DNA from: Planktothrix sp. GU0601_MAG3
GTDB taxonomy: Bacteria; Cyanobacteriota; Cyanobacteriia; Cyanobacteriales; Microcoleaceae
Assembly (NCBI GenBank): GCA_035193785.1
Contig: CP136572.1
Span: 1,120,001-1,184,000 of the forward strand
Direction of reading: 5' to 3'
Length of the DNA: 64,000 bases
Shown one piece after another: positions 31,502 to 44,486 of this stretch. The position numbers and the translations under genes are program-made. Every line of letters begins with the position of its first letter. Position 1 is the stretch's first letter. Under the pieces are notes generated by a model, which saw only the letters and a list, made by a program, of their open reading frames with translations, made no database searches and was not told the DNA's origin.

Positions 31502-34500
31502 CTATTTAAGGGGGAGTTCGGGAGTGACCATCAGGGTTAATACTTCGTCCCCAATGCCTTTTAATTTATGGAATTCTTGGCCGATAATTTCCCCCCGAGG
31601 GAGATAGTTAGCCACTTCCGTCGAGACTAAAATACTATTCGGACGTGCAGCTTCTTGTAAGCGAGCGGCCATATTCACCGCCGGGCCAATAGCGGTATAA
31701 TCGGAACGCTCTTGAGATCCGAACATCCCGACAACGGCCGTCCCGATATGAATTCCGCACCGGAAACGCACGGGTTGAACCCCATTTTCTCCGATAATTC
31801 CCTGTTTCTCGCCAGCGTTGATTTAACTTATCAAGCGATCGCAACATTTGCCGCGCCGAATTCACCGCCTGTTTTACCTGTTTTTCGGCTGATAACTCCT
31901 CCGGTGCGCCATATAATGCCATTACCGCATCCCCGACAAACTTATCTACTGTGCCGCCATTAGCAAAAATTACTCGGGTCATCTCCGCTAAATACTCATT
32001 TAAAACCACCGCAATTCCCTGGGATTGTAACTGATTCGACATTTGGGTAAATCCGACAATATCACTAAATAAAATCGTGACTAACCGAGGTTCAGGACTC
32101 AAATCCAAGGATAATTCCCCAGTGGCGGCTTTTTTAACCATGGTTTCGGGTAAAAATCGCTTCAATACTGACTCTGTTAAGTACCTATTTAATTCAAAAA
32201 TGCGTCTCTCATTCTCTTTTAAAGATTGTAAATTTCTGACTTCTGCTAACAATTCTCGATCATTAAAGGGCTTCGATAAATAGGCATCAGCCCCCCGTTC
32301 CACCCCTTCTAAACGGGTATCTTCATCAGCTTTAGCGGTTAATAAAATCGTCGGGGTTTCCCTTCAAATCGGGGTGATTCCGAATTAACCGAATTAAATC
32401 TAACCCCGAAACTAAGGGCATCATTAAATCCGTAATAATCACTTCCGGGTGATATTTTAGGGCAGTTTCAAACCCTTCCACCCCGTTACAAGCGACAACA
32501 ACATTATATCCAGACTGGCGCAGAATTTTGGAGACATAACGCCGTAAATCCGGGTTATCATCCACCACCAAAACTAAATTAGTAGAGGGAATATTCCCGT
32601 TTAATATATCCTCTTGACCAGTTTCATCCCCATCAGAATCATTTCCCTCCGTCACATCCACATCAATATCGGCAAACTCCACTGAAGCCCGACTAGAATT
32701 TAATTCCGCCTGAATTTCTAATATTTGTTCCCCGGGTAAATGGGAGGTGCCCTGCTGTAACCAAACCGTAAAAGTAGTGCCTCTCCCATACACGGATTCT
32801 ACGGAAATTTGACCTTTGTGTAATTCGACTAATTCCTTAACTAAAGCTAATCCTAAACCCGATCCTTCATAGGAACGATTGGTTGATCCTTCCGCCTGCC
32901 GAAACCGTTCAAATAAATAGGGAATTTGTTCCGGTTTAATCCCAATTCCGGTATCCGTAACTTGTAAACGACAATGATTTCCGATGGGTTCAACTCTCAG
33001 GGTAATAGTGCCCCCGGCGGGGGTAAACTTCATGGCATTAGATAATAAATTATAAAGAATTTTATCAAACCTTTCTAAATCCAAATACAACAACGGACAA
33101 TGGTTTAACTCCGTTTCTAAGTAAATTTCTTTCTTCTGACAATAGAGTTGAAAAGACTCAACGGTGCTATGACAAAAAGCAATCAAATCACAGGGACGAA
33201 AACTTGGCTGCATTCGTCCGGCATCAAATCGTTGTAAATCCAATAATTGATTAACTAACCGCAATAGTCGTCGGGAATTTCTTAAGGCGATTTTGGCTTG
33301 TTCCTGGGGTAAGTCCTGTTGTTGATTAACTGCCGATTCCAACGGCCCAATCATTAAGGTTAAAGGAGTGCGAAACTCATGGGAAATATTCTGGAAAAAT
33401 TCCGTTTTCACCCGATCCGCTTCTAACAATCTTTCCGCCTGTTGTCGAGTTTTTTGATATAAACGGGCCTGTTGTACCGCTAAAGCTGCTTGTATGGCCA
33501 CTACTTGCACTAAATTAATTTCCGACTCCTGCCATTTACGAGTTCGATTATTTTGTCGCAGGGAAATACTACCAATAATCTGACCTTCGGACTGCAAGGG
33601 AACCAACATTAGGGCCTTAGAGGCAGAGCGGAGGGGTAATTCAGCCATCTGGCATTCCGGTTGATGGTCTAGGTCATGGATAACCACGGGTTGGCGGGTG
33701 CGTAAAAGTTTCTGCAATACGGGATTTCCCCGAATGGGAACGGAGGACTGCGGTAGGGTTTCTAGGGACAGTTTCGGGGCGGGAGTCGTGGCTTCGGATG
33801 ACCATTCATCACTGACCATCGAAGCCTGACGAGTCGCATCATACAATCCCACACACTGGACATATTCATCGTCCCTTGTCCAGAGGGATAGGGCACAACC
33901 ATCGACTTGTAGGGCTTCTCCCAATTGTTGGGTAATGGCGGCGAAAATCGTGCGGGGATCGAGACTCGAACGAATGGCCGAGGTAATGGTATTAACTAGG
34001 GCCTCCCGTTTCGCCAGTTCCCGCACCTGTTCATAGGCCCGGGCTTGGGAGAGGGCGAGGGCTGCTTGGTCGGAAACCGTAATCACTAACTGTACTTCGT
34101 GGTCAAGCCAGATATGGGGTTTCTTGGCAGTGATGCAGGGCTAAAACCGCCATTAAGTCGAGTTTGTAGAATAGGGGAACCACTAAACTCGACCGAATTT
34201 GAGTTTGATCATAGGCCTGTTGACGTTCCGTGACCGATAAGACCCGTTCATCGGTAGCCGCATCCTGAATTACTTCGACGTCGGTGGTTTCCCAGACTAA
34301 TAGTTGCAGTAGTTCCTGGGAAGGCTTTTGACTCTCGGGGGTTCCCGCGACCTCTCCCCGTCCAGACTGATACATAAACCATTCATCCAGCATTTGCCGA
34401 TCTTGAAAGGGGCGGAGCAGGCAATAGCGGGCCTCAAACATTTGGCCAACGGTTTCTACAATCCGTTGCAGCATTTCCCGATAGTTGGGAGCGGAGCGAA

Positions 34501-34963
34501 TGGTATTGGTAACGGCGTAGAGGAGGGATTCTTGCTGGAGGGCGCGTCGTAATTCTTCGGTACGGGATTTGAGAACCCCATGGGTTTCTAAGGCCTGTTT
34601 AACGATGGCTTTGAGTTCGTCGGCGTCCCAAGGTTTGGTAACATATTTAAAAACTTTACCGGAGTTAATGGCTTCGACTAAATCCTCGACGTCGGTATAA
34701 CCGGTGAGGATGATTCTAATAATATCGGGATATTGGGCCGCGGTTAAACTCAAGAATTCCGTCCCGCTCATTTGCGGCATTCTTTGGTCAGAAATAATCA
34801 CCGCCACGTCAGTCTGGGACGCTAAAATCTCTAGCGCCTCTGGCCCGCCATCTGCTCGCAATACCCGGTATTCCCGATGAAAGGTGCGATACAGCAAATC
34901 TAGGTTATCGGGCTCGTCATCGACAACCAAGATCGTCGGCTTAGATTTTTTCTGGGAACTCAT
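31502..34963 (-). CDS. cyaC: Hybrid sensor adenylate cyclase REC-GAF-GAF-HisKA-HATPase-REC-AC (frameshifts at 34119, 32356, 31804)
   Basis: VVDDEPDN/ISDQRMP; two GAF domains; SHEFRTPL, NLLSNAMKF, GSGLGL; TDLMMP; FSDIVGFT, DKFVGDAVM, GPAVNMAARLQ; domain order is that of cyanobacterial CyaC. Confidence 0.88.
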
Positions 34964-35203
34964 GCACCGGACTCCTGCTGCAAGGGATGTAGGGGGCGAT
35001 GATCGGTAGGATTTACTAATTGGATGTTAACTCGGGGCCCCTATCTAATACGGGTTAAACCACAATCAGGGTATTGATGCACAATATTTATTGTACCTTT
35101 ATACTTCTGAGCGCGGAATTCCCTTATTGTTTCAGAAAGTATATGACTGCTACGATCACCGGAAAAAGGCAGATCGGAATTAATATTGCACCATCGATAA
35201 ACT

Positions 35204-35875
35204 GTGAATCAATTGTTTTCCACTTCGATATCTAACACATTTTTCTTGGGTTACGGAAATGGCACGGGTTCAAAAGACCTGCCTGGACAGGAAAACCCCT
35301 TACCAATAGGAAGTTCTGTGGATTGTTCTAGTTTACAGATTCGGCCCGCAACTGCTGAGGACTTAACGGGATTAACGGATGTTTTGGCCGAGAGTTTTCA
35401 TTCCCGGGAGGGACTTTTGGGCTGGATTTATCCGATTTTACGGTTAGGAATTTATGAAGATTCACGCTATCGTTTATTGGCAAATACAGATCAATATTTG
35501 TGTTTAGTGGCAGTGGTTTCAGGGGTCAGGTCTGCTAAACCTTCGGTTTTAGGAACAATAGAAATCGGTTTGCGACCGCGTTATCCTTGGCAATTATCTT
35601 TAACCTCTCGCTATTTGTACATTTCTAATTTAGCAGTCCATCCCCAATATCGCAAGCTGGGAATTGCCCAAAAATTACTGGCAACTTGTGAACAAACAGC
35701 CCAACGTTGGGGATTTTCTAATATTTATCTTCATGTCTTAGAAAATAATCATCAAGCCCGAGGTCTATATTATAAAATGGGTTATCGATTAATCGAGATT
35801 GATTCGGGTTGGGATTTTGCATTATTCGGTCAGCCTCGACGTTTGTTTTTGCAAAAACCGATTGGGAATGGGTAA
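35204..35875 (+). CDS. GNAT-family N-acetyltransferase
   Basis: YISNLAVHPQYRKLGIAQKLL…LHVLENNHQARGLYYKMGY. Confidence 0.88.
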   Translation: MNQLFSTSISNTFFLGYGNGTGSKDLPGQENPLPIGSSVDCSSLQIRPATAEDLTGLTDVLAESFHSREGLLGWIYPILRLGIYEDSRYRLLANTDQYLCLVAVVSGVRSAKPSVLGTIEIGLRPRYPWQLSLTSRYLYISNLAVHPQYRKLGIAQKLLATCEQTAQRWGFSNIYLHVLENNHQARGLYYKMGYRLIEIDSGWDFALFGQPRRLFLQKPIGNG

Positions 35876-35941
35876 TGGGTAATGGGTAATGGGTAATGGG
35901 TAATGGGTAATGGGTTTTGGGTTTTGGGTTTTGGGTTTTGG
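35870..35941. repeat. Heptamer short tandem repeat (GGTAATG)n switching to (GGTTTTG)n; related TTATCAG/TTATCAA heptamers at 57286-57307, 58117-58181, 60645-60675, 60740-60765, 62387-62409
   Basis: Direct reading of the tandem units between convergent GNAT and larB genes. Confidence 0.9.
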
Positions 35942-35953
35942 GGAAACCCTTGC

Positions 35954-36739
35954 TTAAGGCTCAATTCTGCGTTTTAACCGTTCTCCTAATCTGAGAATTT
36001 GGCAGGCTAAAATTGCCGCCCCAAAACCATTATCAATATTCACTACCCCTACCCCAGTAGCGCAGGAATTCAGCATGGTTAATAGGGGGGCTAACCCGTT
36101 AAAACTGGCCCCATAACCGACGCTGGTGGGAACCGCAATTACTGGACAATCGGCTAATCCTCCGACTACAGTGGGTAGGGCTCCTTCCATTCCAGCGACG
36201 ACAATTAACACATCTGCATCGGCAATCATTGGCCAATTACTGAGTAACCGATGAATTCCAGCAACTCCCACATCCGATAACCGTTTAACGTTAAAACCCG
36301 ATAGGGTAGCGGTGACGGCGGCTTCTTCAGCAACTGGTAAATCGGCGGTTCCGGCGGTTAAAATTGTGATAATTCCTGTAGCATTAGCCGGGGGAATTTC
36401 ATCCGGGTGAAGGGCACAAATTTTAGCGGTTTCGTAATACTTTAAATCGGGGATTTGGGCTTGTAATTGTTGATAAACATGGGGTTCAATTCGAGTTGCC
36501 ATCACCACCGGATTTCGCTGACGCATCACCTCGATAATCTTAATCATTTGTTCCGGGGTTTTATTTAATCCCCAAATGACTTCGGGAAATCCGGTTCTTA
36601 ATTTTCGATGGTGGTCAATGCGGGCAAAATCTCCCACGGGTTCAAAATCAAAGTATTTGATTTTATCTAAGGCATCAGTCGGGGTAATTCGACCGGATGC
36701 CACTTGTTCTAGTAACTGTTGTAAGGCTTCAGGATTCAT
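35954..36739 (-). CDS. larB: LarB / CpmA family (PurE-like) protein
   Basis: RIDHHRKLRTGFPEVIWG, TAGTADLPVAEEA, DVGVAGIHRL, AGMEGALP, PTSVGYGA, VVNIDNGFGAA. Confidence 0.9.
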   Translation of the reverse strand: MNPEALQQLLEQVASGRITPTDALDKIKYFDFEPVGDFARIDHHRKLRTGFPEVIWGLNKTPEQMIKIIEVMRQRNPVVMATRIEPHVYQQLQAQIPDLKYYETAKICALHPDEIPPANATGIITILTAGTADLPVAEEAAVTATLSGFNVKRLSDVGVAGIHRLLSNWPMIADADVLIVVAGMEGALPTVVGGLADCPVIAVPTSVGYGASFNGLAPLLTMLNSCATGVGVVNIDNGFGAAILACQILRLGERLKRRIEP

Positions 36740-36754
36740 CAGGATTTAAACAAA

Positions 36755-38522
36755 TTATTCAGCAATTTTGAGTTCATACAAATTCCAAAATCCTCCCCCC
36801 AAGGGTGTGTATTTAACACCCTCAACCCGATCTCGGATGGCTTCAAAGCCAAGGGGATTAACCATATATAATAGGGGCAGTTCTTCGGCAATAATTTTTT
36901 GGGCTTTTCCATAAAGTTCTTTGCGTTTTTTGGGATCAAATTCCTGAGAAGCTTTCACAAATAAATCATCTACTTGTTTTTCCCAATCGGTAACTTGCCA
37001 ATCGGTAATCCCCGTTTCTCCCGGTTGCGGCCCTTGATTAAAGGTGTGTAACCGTCCATTCACTGACCAAATATTATAGCCCCCATGGGGTTCAATTCCT
37101 CCCCCAGTAAATCCGCCTAAATAAGCATCCCAATTCCGGGAACTGGAAAGACTTTCTACTAGGATATTAAAGTCGAGAAATAATAAATCAACTTGAATCC
37201 CAATTTTACCCAGATCTTGGTTGATTTGGGTTGCCATTTGTTCGCGAATTTTTCTCCCGGCACTGCTGGAGAGGATAAAGCGGACAATATTACCATCACT
37301 ATCTAGTAATTGTCCTTGATCATTATACTTAAATCCCGCATCAATTAGTATTTGTCTGGCTTTTTCGGGATTATGTGTGTAGGTTTTTAGTCCTTCTTCT
37401 GGGGATAAATAAAAGGGGCTTTGGACTGGAATGGGAGAGTGTTGCAGTTCTCCTAATCCTAAATATAGATTGTTTTTCATCACCTCCCGATCAATGGCAT
37501 AATAAATTGCCTGTCGGAAGGCTTTATTATTAAACCATTTAGATTTAATCGGATCAACAAAGGGTTTTCCTTGGGCATTTTTTCCCCGATTCATATTAAA
37601 TGACATAAACACGGTTCCCATATCCGGGCCAGAATTATAAATGGTATATTTTCCTCGTTTTTCTTCTGGCTTTAATAGGGGAAAGGTTTCCGTTTGCATC
37701 GTTAAAGCATCTAAGGAACCGGAACGAAAATCTAGTAATTGAGTATCGGTACTTGCAATAATTTGCCAGACAATTTCTTCAATATAGGGCTGGGGATTTC
37801 CCTGTTTGTCTTTGCGCCAATAATAGGGATTTCTTTCTAAAATTACCCGTTGATAAGGAGTATAACTTTTGATCCGATATTGACCATTTCCCACAATATT
37901 TTGGGGGTTGGTATCGGTTTCCCCAGGTGGTTAAAAATTTGGGGTTTCCTTCACTATCGGTTTCGGTAATTGAATCTTTTAAAATATGGGCGGGTAAAAT
38001 ACTTAATCCGGCTACATATTGCAAGAAGGGTGCAAAGGGTTCGGAAACGGCAAACTCCACCCGACGATTATCTAATTTTTTGACCGTGGGAAAACTGCGA
38101 CTCTTTCCCACTCTTAAAATATCTTTCAAACTGCTGGGAATTTTATCGTTTAAATAAATATCGTTATAGCTAAAAATAATATCATCAACGGTTAAGGGCT
38201 TGCCATCTGACCACTTCAACCCATCTTTTAAAGTAATAATAATTTTTTGTTTATCATCGGAAATTTCCCACCCTTCGGCTAACCCCGATTTCGGCATTAA
38301 TTCTCCGGTCACGGGGTCGTCCTGAATTAACGGGTCATACAAATAACCAAAGACGGTATAGGCTGATTGACTCAGGGGCGGATTAAAGGTGGCTGGGCCG
38401 CTGGGGGTGGCGACCACCAACCGAGACGGAACTTGGGATTGAGCCGTACTACAGGCACTCAGAACCAGGGCTAAGAGGATGAATAGGGTCTTTTGGAACC
38501 AATAAGAGGTGAATCCCATCAT
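36755..38522 (-). CDS. Peptide/nickel ABC transporter substrate-binding lipoprotein (family 5) (frameshift at GTTTC 37917-37921)
   Basis: Lipobox LSAC; LKWSDGKPLTVDDIIFSY, LERNPYYW, FRQAIYYAIDR. Confidence 0.9.
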
Positions 38523-38608
38523 GTTGGATCAATTAATATATAGATATTTTTCATTATAAAACATCTTTTGTAACTGTAATTCCAACGGTATAACTATTCC
38601 CAGAAATT

Positions 38609-39091
38609 TTAATTGATTTTTTCTAATAAAGCCACTGCATAGGCGGCAATTCCTTCTTCTCGACCCACCGGGCCTAATTTTTCGTTGGTGGTGGCTTTGA
38701 CCCCAATTTGATCGGAATTGAGGTTTAAGCTGGTGGCAAGGCGATCGCACATTGCGCTAATATGGGGTTTTAATTTAGGACGTTCGGCGACAATCACAGA
38801 GTCAATATTTCCGATTTTCCAACCCCGATCTAAAATCAGTTGATTCACCTGTTTTAAGAGGACTAAACTATCCGCCCCCGCCCATTTTTCATCGGTTGGG
38901 GGGAAATAATGCCCAATATCTCCTAAACTTAACGCCCCTAACATAGCATCCATAATGGCATGGGTTAAAACATCGGCATCACTATGTCCTAATAATCCGA
39001 ATTCGTGGTCAATTTTAACCCCGCCTAAAATTAATGCCCGTCCGGGGACTAATTTATGAATATCATAGCCATTACCAATGCGAATATTCAT
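38609..39091 (-). CDS. ispF: 2-C-methyl-D-erythritol 2,4-cyclodiphosphate synthase
   Basis: [36 protein letters not shown]. Confidence 0.96.
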   Translation of the reverse strand: MNIRIGNGYDIHKLVPGRALILGGVKIDHEFGLLGHSDADVLTHAIMDAMLGALSLGDIGHYFPPTDEKWAGADSLVLLKQVNQLILDRGWKIGNIDSVIVAERPKLKPHISAMCDRLATSLNLNSDQIGVKATTNEKLGPVGREEGIAAYAVALLEKIN

Positions 39092-39298
39092 CGGATATTT
39101 TTTCCTATTAAAGTTAACATGGCTTTTGATTTTACCATCAATAGGTAATATCAAGTCCACCGTTGGGATTTAACCAAAACTTGAGAAGAAATTTAAGCAT
39201 AGTTTAAAAACAGGTTAAATTTCTTCCCCTTGATTCTAGTAATTACCTAAACAAAATTAATTACAAATCCCTTACCCAGATCCGGTGTTCTCTGTTCC

Positions 39299-39493
39299 CT
39301 AGCGCGTAGCACTATAGGACTGAACAGACTTAACAGAAACATTAGGAGATTGAGAAGCCGCGACACAAAAAAAAGTAAATAAAATTAAAAATATACTAAC
39401 TACATAACTCAAACCGATCATGGCATAGGAATTAGTCATAGTGTTACGGAAATATTTGAACACTAAGACATTAGGAAGCAAGGTTTTCATCAT
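39299..39493 (-). CDS. Small (64 aa) single-TM protein
   Basis: ATG preceded by GGAGG at good spacing; hydrophobic stretch MIGLSYVVSIFLILFTFFCVAA. Confidence 0.5.
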   Translation of the reverse strand: MMKTLLPNVLVFKYFRNTMTNSYAMIGLSYVVSIFLILFTFFCVAASQSPNVSVKSVQSYSATR

Positions 39494-39947
39494 AGCAACC
39501 TCCAGGGTATTAACCTTAATAATAGTTGACACTTAAACCGTAACAGTCTCAGCAGTCTATCGACACCTTTGGGCGATTCTAGCGTTGTTTTAGTCGATGA
39601 CTCTCGGGACTGATTTTGATTTTGATAGGACTTCGTTTAATCAATTTAAACGAAATAGAACGGAAACAGTATTGACTACTAATGGCACTTTTTGACTGTT
39701 GTTTTGTAGCTATCGTAATCAGAAAAAGGCTGCAAGATTTTAGCATAAAGTTTTGGTGTTTAAAGCCTGCTCGCGCTGGGATTTAGACACCAAAACCCTG
39801 CACCTTTTTTGATTAACTCTATATGGATTGCTAGATCGACTGTGAGTGAACTGGCATGATAGAACCTACGGAACCATCATACCACAATAATCGCCAACTC
39901 CGACGATCTAAATATGATCACCTCGGTTGGTGATAGCCGTATCTATT

Positions 39948-41066
39948 CTATTCATTCACCAAAAAGGAGGCAAAATCCGGTACATTCACCCAAGTTCCCG
40001 TTGCATTGGATTCATGGGTTAAATCCATTAATAGTTGAGAATAAACCCCTTCTTTCAGCGAAGGTGTTAAACTTATTCCCTGTTCAATTCCTGTTATCCA
40101 TTGGTCAATAACTCGCAACAAAGGAGCAATCCGACCATCGGGATAAATTTGGGGAAATTCTAAGGTTTTGGGGATAGAAATTTCACTTAAAGGTTGCCCC
40201 TTTTGACTCCCCCATAATCGAAATCCATGTACATAATCCTGTTGATTATCACTACCTAAAATTAATGTGCCTTCACTGCCATAAATTTCTAGCCAATGTC
40301 CCCGTCCTTGGTAGGTGACAGAACTTAAACAAACTTGACAGGGAGTGCCATCATTTAGTTCTAAAATTAGGGTGCAAATATCATCAGCATCAACGGGTTT
40401 TAGTTCTCCCCCAGCTTCGGGATCTGGACGTAAGAGAATCGAAGTATTTAGTTGTCCACAGAGGCGTTTAATTGAACCCAACAACCAATAAATATAATCA
40501 AAACTATGGGAGCCAATTGCCCCTAATACCCCGCCTCCTTTGTCTTTTTGAGCATACCAATTCCAGGGACGAGTCTGATCGGCGCGACTGGAAACTAACC
40601 AATCAATTTTGATTAATCTTTTTTCACCTACATAATTTTCGGCTAACAGTTGGGATAAATGTTGCCAAGCGGGAATAAAGCGAAATTCAAAATCTAGGCT
40701 GGTGATACAGCCCTTAGATTGGGCGAGGTGATAGAGATATTTTGCTTCTGCCGCCGTTAGGGTTGTGGGTTTTTCTAATAATAGATGTTTCCCGGCATTT
40801 AGGGCTATTTTAGCCATATCAAAATGCAAAAAAGGCGGGGTGGAAATGGCAACGCCCTGAACTTCTGGGATTGCACAAATCTCCTCAATACTATTACAAG
40901 CATGGGGAATATTCTGGCTAGAGGCGATCGCTTTGGCTTTGTCTAAATCTCGATGATAAACCGCAACTACTTCAGTTTTAGCATGGTCTTGAAAGGCAGG
41001 AATATGAACTTTTTTACCGAATCCTGTGCCAATCACAGCGATGCCAATTTTTTTGTCGGTTGTCAT
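39948..41066 (-). CDS. Gfo/Idh/MocA-family oxidoreductase
   Basis: IAVIGTGFG, TPPFLH, LLEKP, GGGVLGAIGSH. Confidence 0.9.
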   Translation of the reverse strand: MTTDKKIGIAVIGTGFGKKVHIPAFQDHAKTEVVAVYHRDLDKAKAIASSQNIPHACNSIEEICAIPEVQGVAISTPPFLHFDMAKIALNAGKHLLLEKPTTLTAAEAKYLYHLAQSKGCITSLDFEFRFIPAWQHLSQLLAENYVGEKRLIKIDWLVSSRADQTRPWNWYAQKDKGGGVLGAIGSHSFDYIYWLLGSIKRLCGQLNTSILLRPDPEAGGELKPVDADDICTLILELNDGTPCQVCLSSVTYQGRGHWLEIYGSEGTLILGSDNQQDYVHGFRLWGSQKGQPLSEISIPKTLEFPQIYPDGRIAPLLRVIDQWITGIEQGISLTPSLKEGVYSQLLMDLTHESNATGTWVNVPDFASFLVNE

Positions 41067-41386
41067 GGTTTCTCCTGATGAAAATAATCATTGATTTTAG
41101 TTGAGATTCGGTGGGTTTTGGTAGGCTATTTGTGGATATCAAAGATTAAGTTGAGAGAGCGCGGGCGGGTTTTGGTAGGCTATTTGTGGATATCAAAGAT
41201 TAAGTTGAACCCGCCCCTACAGCAGCCAATTATCAATAGATTAAGACTAAACCGCCATTCCAACCTCTAATTATAGAACTCGTAGGGGCGGGTTATGTAA
41301 TAATATTTGTTACCCACAGATAAAATCTAAAAACCCGCCCACCCCCAGTATTAACCTTTGATTAATCATAAATTTTGAGATTATAA

Positions 41387-42362
41387 TTAAAAAGGATTTT
41401 TGATTTTATTTCCCACCCATTCTATCACCTGTTTTCCTAAATAAACCCCATCCAATAAATCAATTTCTCGAATCCCCGTTGGACTGGTCACATTAACTTC
41501 CGTTAAATATCCTCCGATGACATCAATTCCCACAAAATATAAACCATCCGCAACTAATTGAGATGCTAATTTTTGACAAATTTCCCGTTCTCGATCTGTA
41601 ATTTCAGTTTTAGCAACCCGTCCGCCCACGGCCATATTTCCTCTAAATTCTTGACCCGTAGGAATCCGATTAACCGCTCCAATCGGTTCACCATTTAACA
41701 CGATAATCCGTTTGTCTCCCTCTTTTGCTTCGGGTAAAAATGTCTGAATCATCACCGGATATAAACCCTGTTGAGTGCTAATTTCAATTAATGAGTTGAG
41801 ATTGCGATCGCTCCCTTCTAAAAATAAAATTCCCTCTCCCGCTTTACCACCTAAAGGTTTTAAAACCGCCGCCCCTTGACGTTCAACAAACTCCCGAATT
41901 ACCTGTTTATCGCGGCTAACAATAGTTGTCGGAATGCAATCTTTGAATTGCAGTGCGTACATTTTTTCATTTGCTTTTCTTAACCCACTAGGAGAATTAA
42001 CCACCAAAGTTTTTTCGGGGTTAATATAGTCTAAAAGATAGGTAGCATACAGATAGGGAATCGTGACTGGGGGGTCGGTTCGCATAAACACCGCATCCAT
42101 ATTTTCCATGGGTTGGAGTATTGATTGACCCACCGCAAACCAGGGTTTCCTCAACTTTCCAATGATCCTGATCTCTAATAATAGGAATCAGATTAACCTG
42201 GGTTAAAAGTGCCCAGGTTCGACCCTCAATTACATTTAATTGGTGAGCTTCTGTGATCCAAACTTCATGTCCCAAAAGTTGCGTAGCTTCCATTAAAGCA
42301 ACGCTGCTATCATGACTTGGATTTAATTTCTCGATGGGGTCAATAATGAAAGCAAATTTCAT
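41387..42362 (-). CDS. gshB: Glutathione synthetase (frameshift at GTTTC 42145-42149)
   Basis: MKFAFIIDP…HDSS, FMRTDPP, NEK, KPLGGKAGEG, RGNMAVGG, EVNVTSPTG. Confidence 0.95.
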
Positions 42363-42480
42363 CTTTATTTACAATTAACAGTTAACAAATTAAACAAAGT
42401 ATGGTACAATTATTCCCGGCATTTAAAACTAACTCAGAATAAATCAGGAGTGTTTTATTTTGCCAGGATTGAGAATATAA

Positions 42481-42738
42481 TTAACCCAGTAAAGGATTAA
42501 GTTTTCCCTGCCGCTCTAAGGCGTGAATATCATCACACCCCCCAATATATTGATCATTAATAAAAATTTGGGGAACTGAACGGCGACCATTAGCCCGTTG
42601 CGCCATTTTATCCCGTGCCACTTCATCCCCATCAATGCTATATTCGGTGAAGTCTACGCCTTTGCTTTTCAGCAATTCCTTAGCTCGAATACAGAAAGGA
42701 CAGGTTCTCCAAGTGTAAATTTCAACGTTTGCTGCCAT
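42481..42738 (-). CDS. grxC: Glutaredoxin 3
   Basis: CPFC active site, SVPQIFI, IGGCDD; upstream of gshB. Confidence 0.95.
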   Translation of the reverse strand: MAANVEIYTWRTCPFCIRAKELLKSKGVDFTEYSIDGDEVARDKMAQRANGRRSVPQIFINDQYIGGCDDIHALERQGKLNPLLG

Positions 42739-42858
42739 AGGGGGTTCCAGAAATTGAATTTTCCTTCTTTATGTTAATATGAAATCAAAAATTGATCTAT
42801 TTTATTCTGAATACTCAGACTAAACCCACCCAGTCTATCCTGATTTAAGTCAAGCAAA

Positions 42859-44299
42859 ATGTCAAATTATTTTTCTGTAATTGCACCTCAACCTCGGATT
42901 TCCGTTCCCACTTCTGACCCCAATAATCCGGGTTATATTGTACAACCCGGGACAGGTTTAGATGGTGTGGTTACGATTCAAGACATTGATGGTGGAAGTT
43001 GCACAGGCTCATTATTAATTACGGGTAATCATATTTTAACCGCTGCCCATTGTGTCACCGATAAATTGGGGCAACCCGATTATTATTCCCCCTCAGAATA
43101 TACCGTTTCTTTTAACTTACCCTCGGGTCAAATATCAATTCCGGTTTCTCAAATTTATATTCATCCCGATTGGAGTCATGATTTTAATTTTAATAATGAT
43201 ATTGCTATTTTAGAACTAGCTGAACCCGCACCTCAAGAGGCAAATCGCTATGAGATTTATACCCGGTTTGATGAGGTGGGTCAAGTGATGCAAAAAGTTG
43301 GTTATGGTGTTTCGGCAACAGGTAATTCAGAACAAAGTGGCTATTCTGATCCGGTTCCAACTAAGCGTATAGGGAAAAATCGTTATGATGGTCTGGGGGA
43401 GTTATTTAATAGCAATCCCTATTATTATAATAATCAACCTGGCAAACAATTAGTTTATGATTTTGATAATGGTTCAGCCCAAAATGATGCCTTTGGACAA
43501 GAATTTGGGATTTATAATTTAGGATTGGGAGTAGAAGAAGTCAATATTAGTCCTGGAGATTCCGGGGGCCCAGGTTTTATTGATGGCAAAATTGCTGGTC
43601 TAACCTCCACTGGTTTTACTCCAGCAATGTCGGGTATTGATGTGACTAATAAATTAGATGAAAGCTTTGGGGAATATGCTTCTGATACCCGAGTTTCGGT
43701 CTATGCAGATTGGATTAATCAAATTATTAATACTTCTTCCTATGCCGGGAATGATGATATTTTAGGCACAAATAATAACGATTTTCTCTATGGATATCAA
43801 GGAGATGATACGATTAACGGTTTAGGGGGAGATGATAATATTTTTGGGGGAAAAGGTTCTGATGATCTCTATGGAAATGAAAGCAATGATACTCTCTATG
43901 GAAATTTAGGATTTGATCTTATTTCGGGTGGATTGGGGGATGATTTTTTAGCTGGGGGTCAGGATTATGATTATCTATATGGAGAAGCCGGAAATGATAC
44001 CTTAACGGGAGATTTAGGAAACTGATTATTTAACCGGAGGAACGGGATCGGATCTATTTATTCTTTCTTTAGCAGCCTCTAGTTCAGATGAAATTTTAGC
44101 AGATTCTATCACGGATTTTGAACCAGGTATTGATAAAATTGGTTTAACCGAAGGCTTGACCGAAGCAAATTTAATCTTAGAACTTTCAAGCGGTATCATT
44201 TTTGAAACAGTGATTCGCGTCGCCGGATCGGATCAAGTTATTGGGAAAGTTTATGATATGTCTCCCCAACAACTTCGAGGTAATTTTATTTCAATTTGA
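42859..44299 (+). CDS. Trypsin-like serine protease with C-terminal RTX Ca-binding repeats (frameshift at GAAAC 44018-44022)
   Basis: LTAAHC, NDIAIL, GDSGGP triad; GGxGxD nonapeptides; corrected tail DSITDFEPGIDKIGL. Confidence 0.9.
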
Positions 44300-44486
44300 C
44301 TTTACTAATTCAGCGATCGCTAGTTCAGTTTAACACCGGAGCAACAAGAAAGATTTGCCCCCTTGTATCCTAATTTTTGAAATTTATTTAACAGTAATAT
44401 AGCGGAATTTATAGGATAAAATCAGATTTAGAGACAAAGAAACCCGATTTCTAAAAGATACCGGGTTTCTGAGGTGATAGTCTAAT

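Noticed and set aside
41109..41220. Possible CRISPR or attachment-site repeat (~43-bp direct duplication)
   Set aside because: It is a local duplication of a family A REP-like element, with no spacer series or integrase
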